NCBI GenBank assembly: GCA_049600935.1
Contig: JBMYQB010000002.1
Coordinates: forward strand, 14,302 to 78,301
Direction: 5' to 3'
Length of the DNA stretch: 64,000 nucleotides
DNA from: Poseidonia sp.
GTDB taxonomy: Archaea > Thermoplasmatota > Poseidoniia > Poseidoniales > Poseidoniaceae
The notes under the pieces were generated by a model that saw only the letters and a list, made by a program, of their open reading frames with translations, had not been told where the DNA came from and made no database searches. The stretch's first letter is position 1. Each line of letters starts with the position of its first letter. Below are positions 63,371 to 64,000 of the stretch, one piece after another. Position numbers and translations under genes: made by a program.

Positions 63371-64000
63371 GCTGCGGCCTCCGTTGCTTGTGTTCGCTTC
63401 ATGTAGGTCCAAGAAAAGGCCACGAGCATCATGAAAATTACAACGGACCAAGCCGCAGCGACCCCGTAGGCACCGTCTCGGAAGGCCACGTCGTACACGT
63501 ACGTGATGAGGATGTCCGTTTGTCCCGGTTCACCAAAGTAGAGGTCGGGGCCTCCGTCGGTGAGCAAATAAATCACGTTGAACATGTTGAACGTCCAAAT
63601 GAATCCAAGTAACGAAAGGGGGACCAGGGCGCTTTTCAGATTGGGGAGGGTGAGGTGTCTGAAGGTGTCCCATGACCCCACCCCGTCAAGCGTGGCCGCC
63701 TCGTACATCTCACGAGGAAGGGCTTGGAGTGCCCCACTGAGCGACATCATCATGAACGGGACACCCAACCAAATATTGACAAAAATGACGACGATTTGAG
63801 CCCCCGTAGGGTCGGCAAGGAAGTGCAAGTCGGTCCCCAGCACATCGTTGACGAGCCCCTCAGGCTGGAACATACCCTTCCACACCAAGACAGAGATGTA
63901 CGACGGGATGGCCCACGGGAGAAGCAGCACCGTCCGGTAGGCGGTTTTCCCTCGGATGTTGCCGTACTGCAACACCATCGCCAAAAACAAACCAAGGCCG
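63367..64000 (-). CDS. ABC sugar-transporter permease (MalF-like), N-terminus outside the window
   Basis: EAA loop YEAATLDGVGSWDTFRHLTLP. The reading frame stays open to the window edge, so the real start lies beyond 64000. Confidence 0.8.
   Translation of the reverse strand, partial: GLGLFLAMVLQYGNIRGKTAYRTVLLLPWAIPSYISVLVWKGMFQPEGLVNDVLGTDLHFLADPTGAQIVVIFVNIWLGVPFMMMSLSGALQALPREMYEAATLDGVGSWDTFRHLTLPNLKSALVPLSLLGFIWTFNMFNVIYLLTDGGPDLYFGEPGQTDILITYVYDVAFRDGAYGVAAAWSVVIFMMLVAFSWTYMKRTQATEAAA

Noticed and set aside
1-64000. Search for defence systems, CRISPR arrays, integrases, transposases or prophage remnants, especially next to the two tRNA genes
   Set aside because: I saw no repeat-spacer arrays, recombinase/transposase-like ORFs, or direct repeats of tRNA 3' halves. 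The genes flanking both tRNAs are ordinary (ABC transporter, pelota, PncC). By-eye inspection cannot exclude very divergent systems.

Overview
GC-rich archaeal chromosomal segment. The domain call rests on a PolD small subunit, RFC small subunit, GatD, Pelota, an archaeal-type AspRS, and a tRNA with a canonical bulge-helix-bulge intron. The acidic proteome, folate-type C1 gene (fhs), flotillin and very large adhesin-like proteins suggest a marine planktonic euryarchaeon (Marine Group II-like). That is inference only and needs a database search.

I support about 43 protein genes and 2 tRNAs. I found no CRISPR array, transposase, integrase or recognisable defence genes.

Three themes stand out:
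1. About 40% of the window (about 25.6 kb) encodes six exoproteins with the same topology: N-terminal signal peptide, C-terminal single TM helix, and a short charged tail. One is a 3048-aa giant (21032-30178) with six ~1-kb super-repeats that alternate FN3-like and DNRLRE-like modules.
2. There is a 2-aminophenol-type meta-cleavage set. It has an AmnB-like LigB dioxygenase, an AmnA-like subunit fused to a RidA-type deaminase, and a muconic-semialdehyde-type ALDH. These sit in a co-directional block with an arylformamidase-like hydrolase, an LLM oxidoreductase, an asparaginase-II protein and an amino-acid permease.
3. There is an alpha-glucan utilisation locus: anchored GH57 and GH13 ectoenzymes, MalQ, GlgP, and MalFGK-like ABC genes.

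Caveats on the supplied ORF track:
- It prints TTG and GTG starts as M.
- It omits ORFs that are open at the window edges. The 1-3868 gene is missing entirely, and the 63367-64000 permease is listed only from an internal Met.
- It over-extends several N-termini.
- It contains many antisense ORFs typical of high-GC DNA.
I re-derived starts from the DNA where stated. All functional calls are motif-level recognition by eye; no searches were run.
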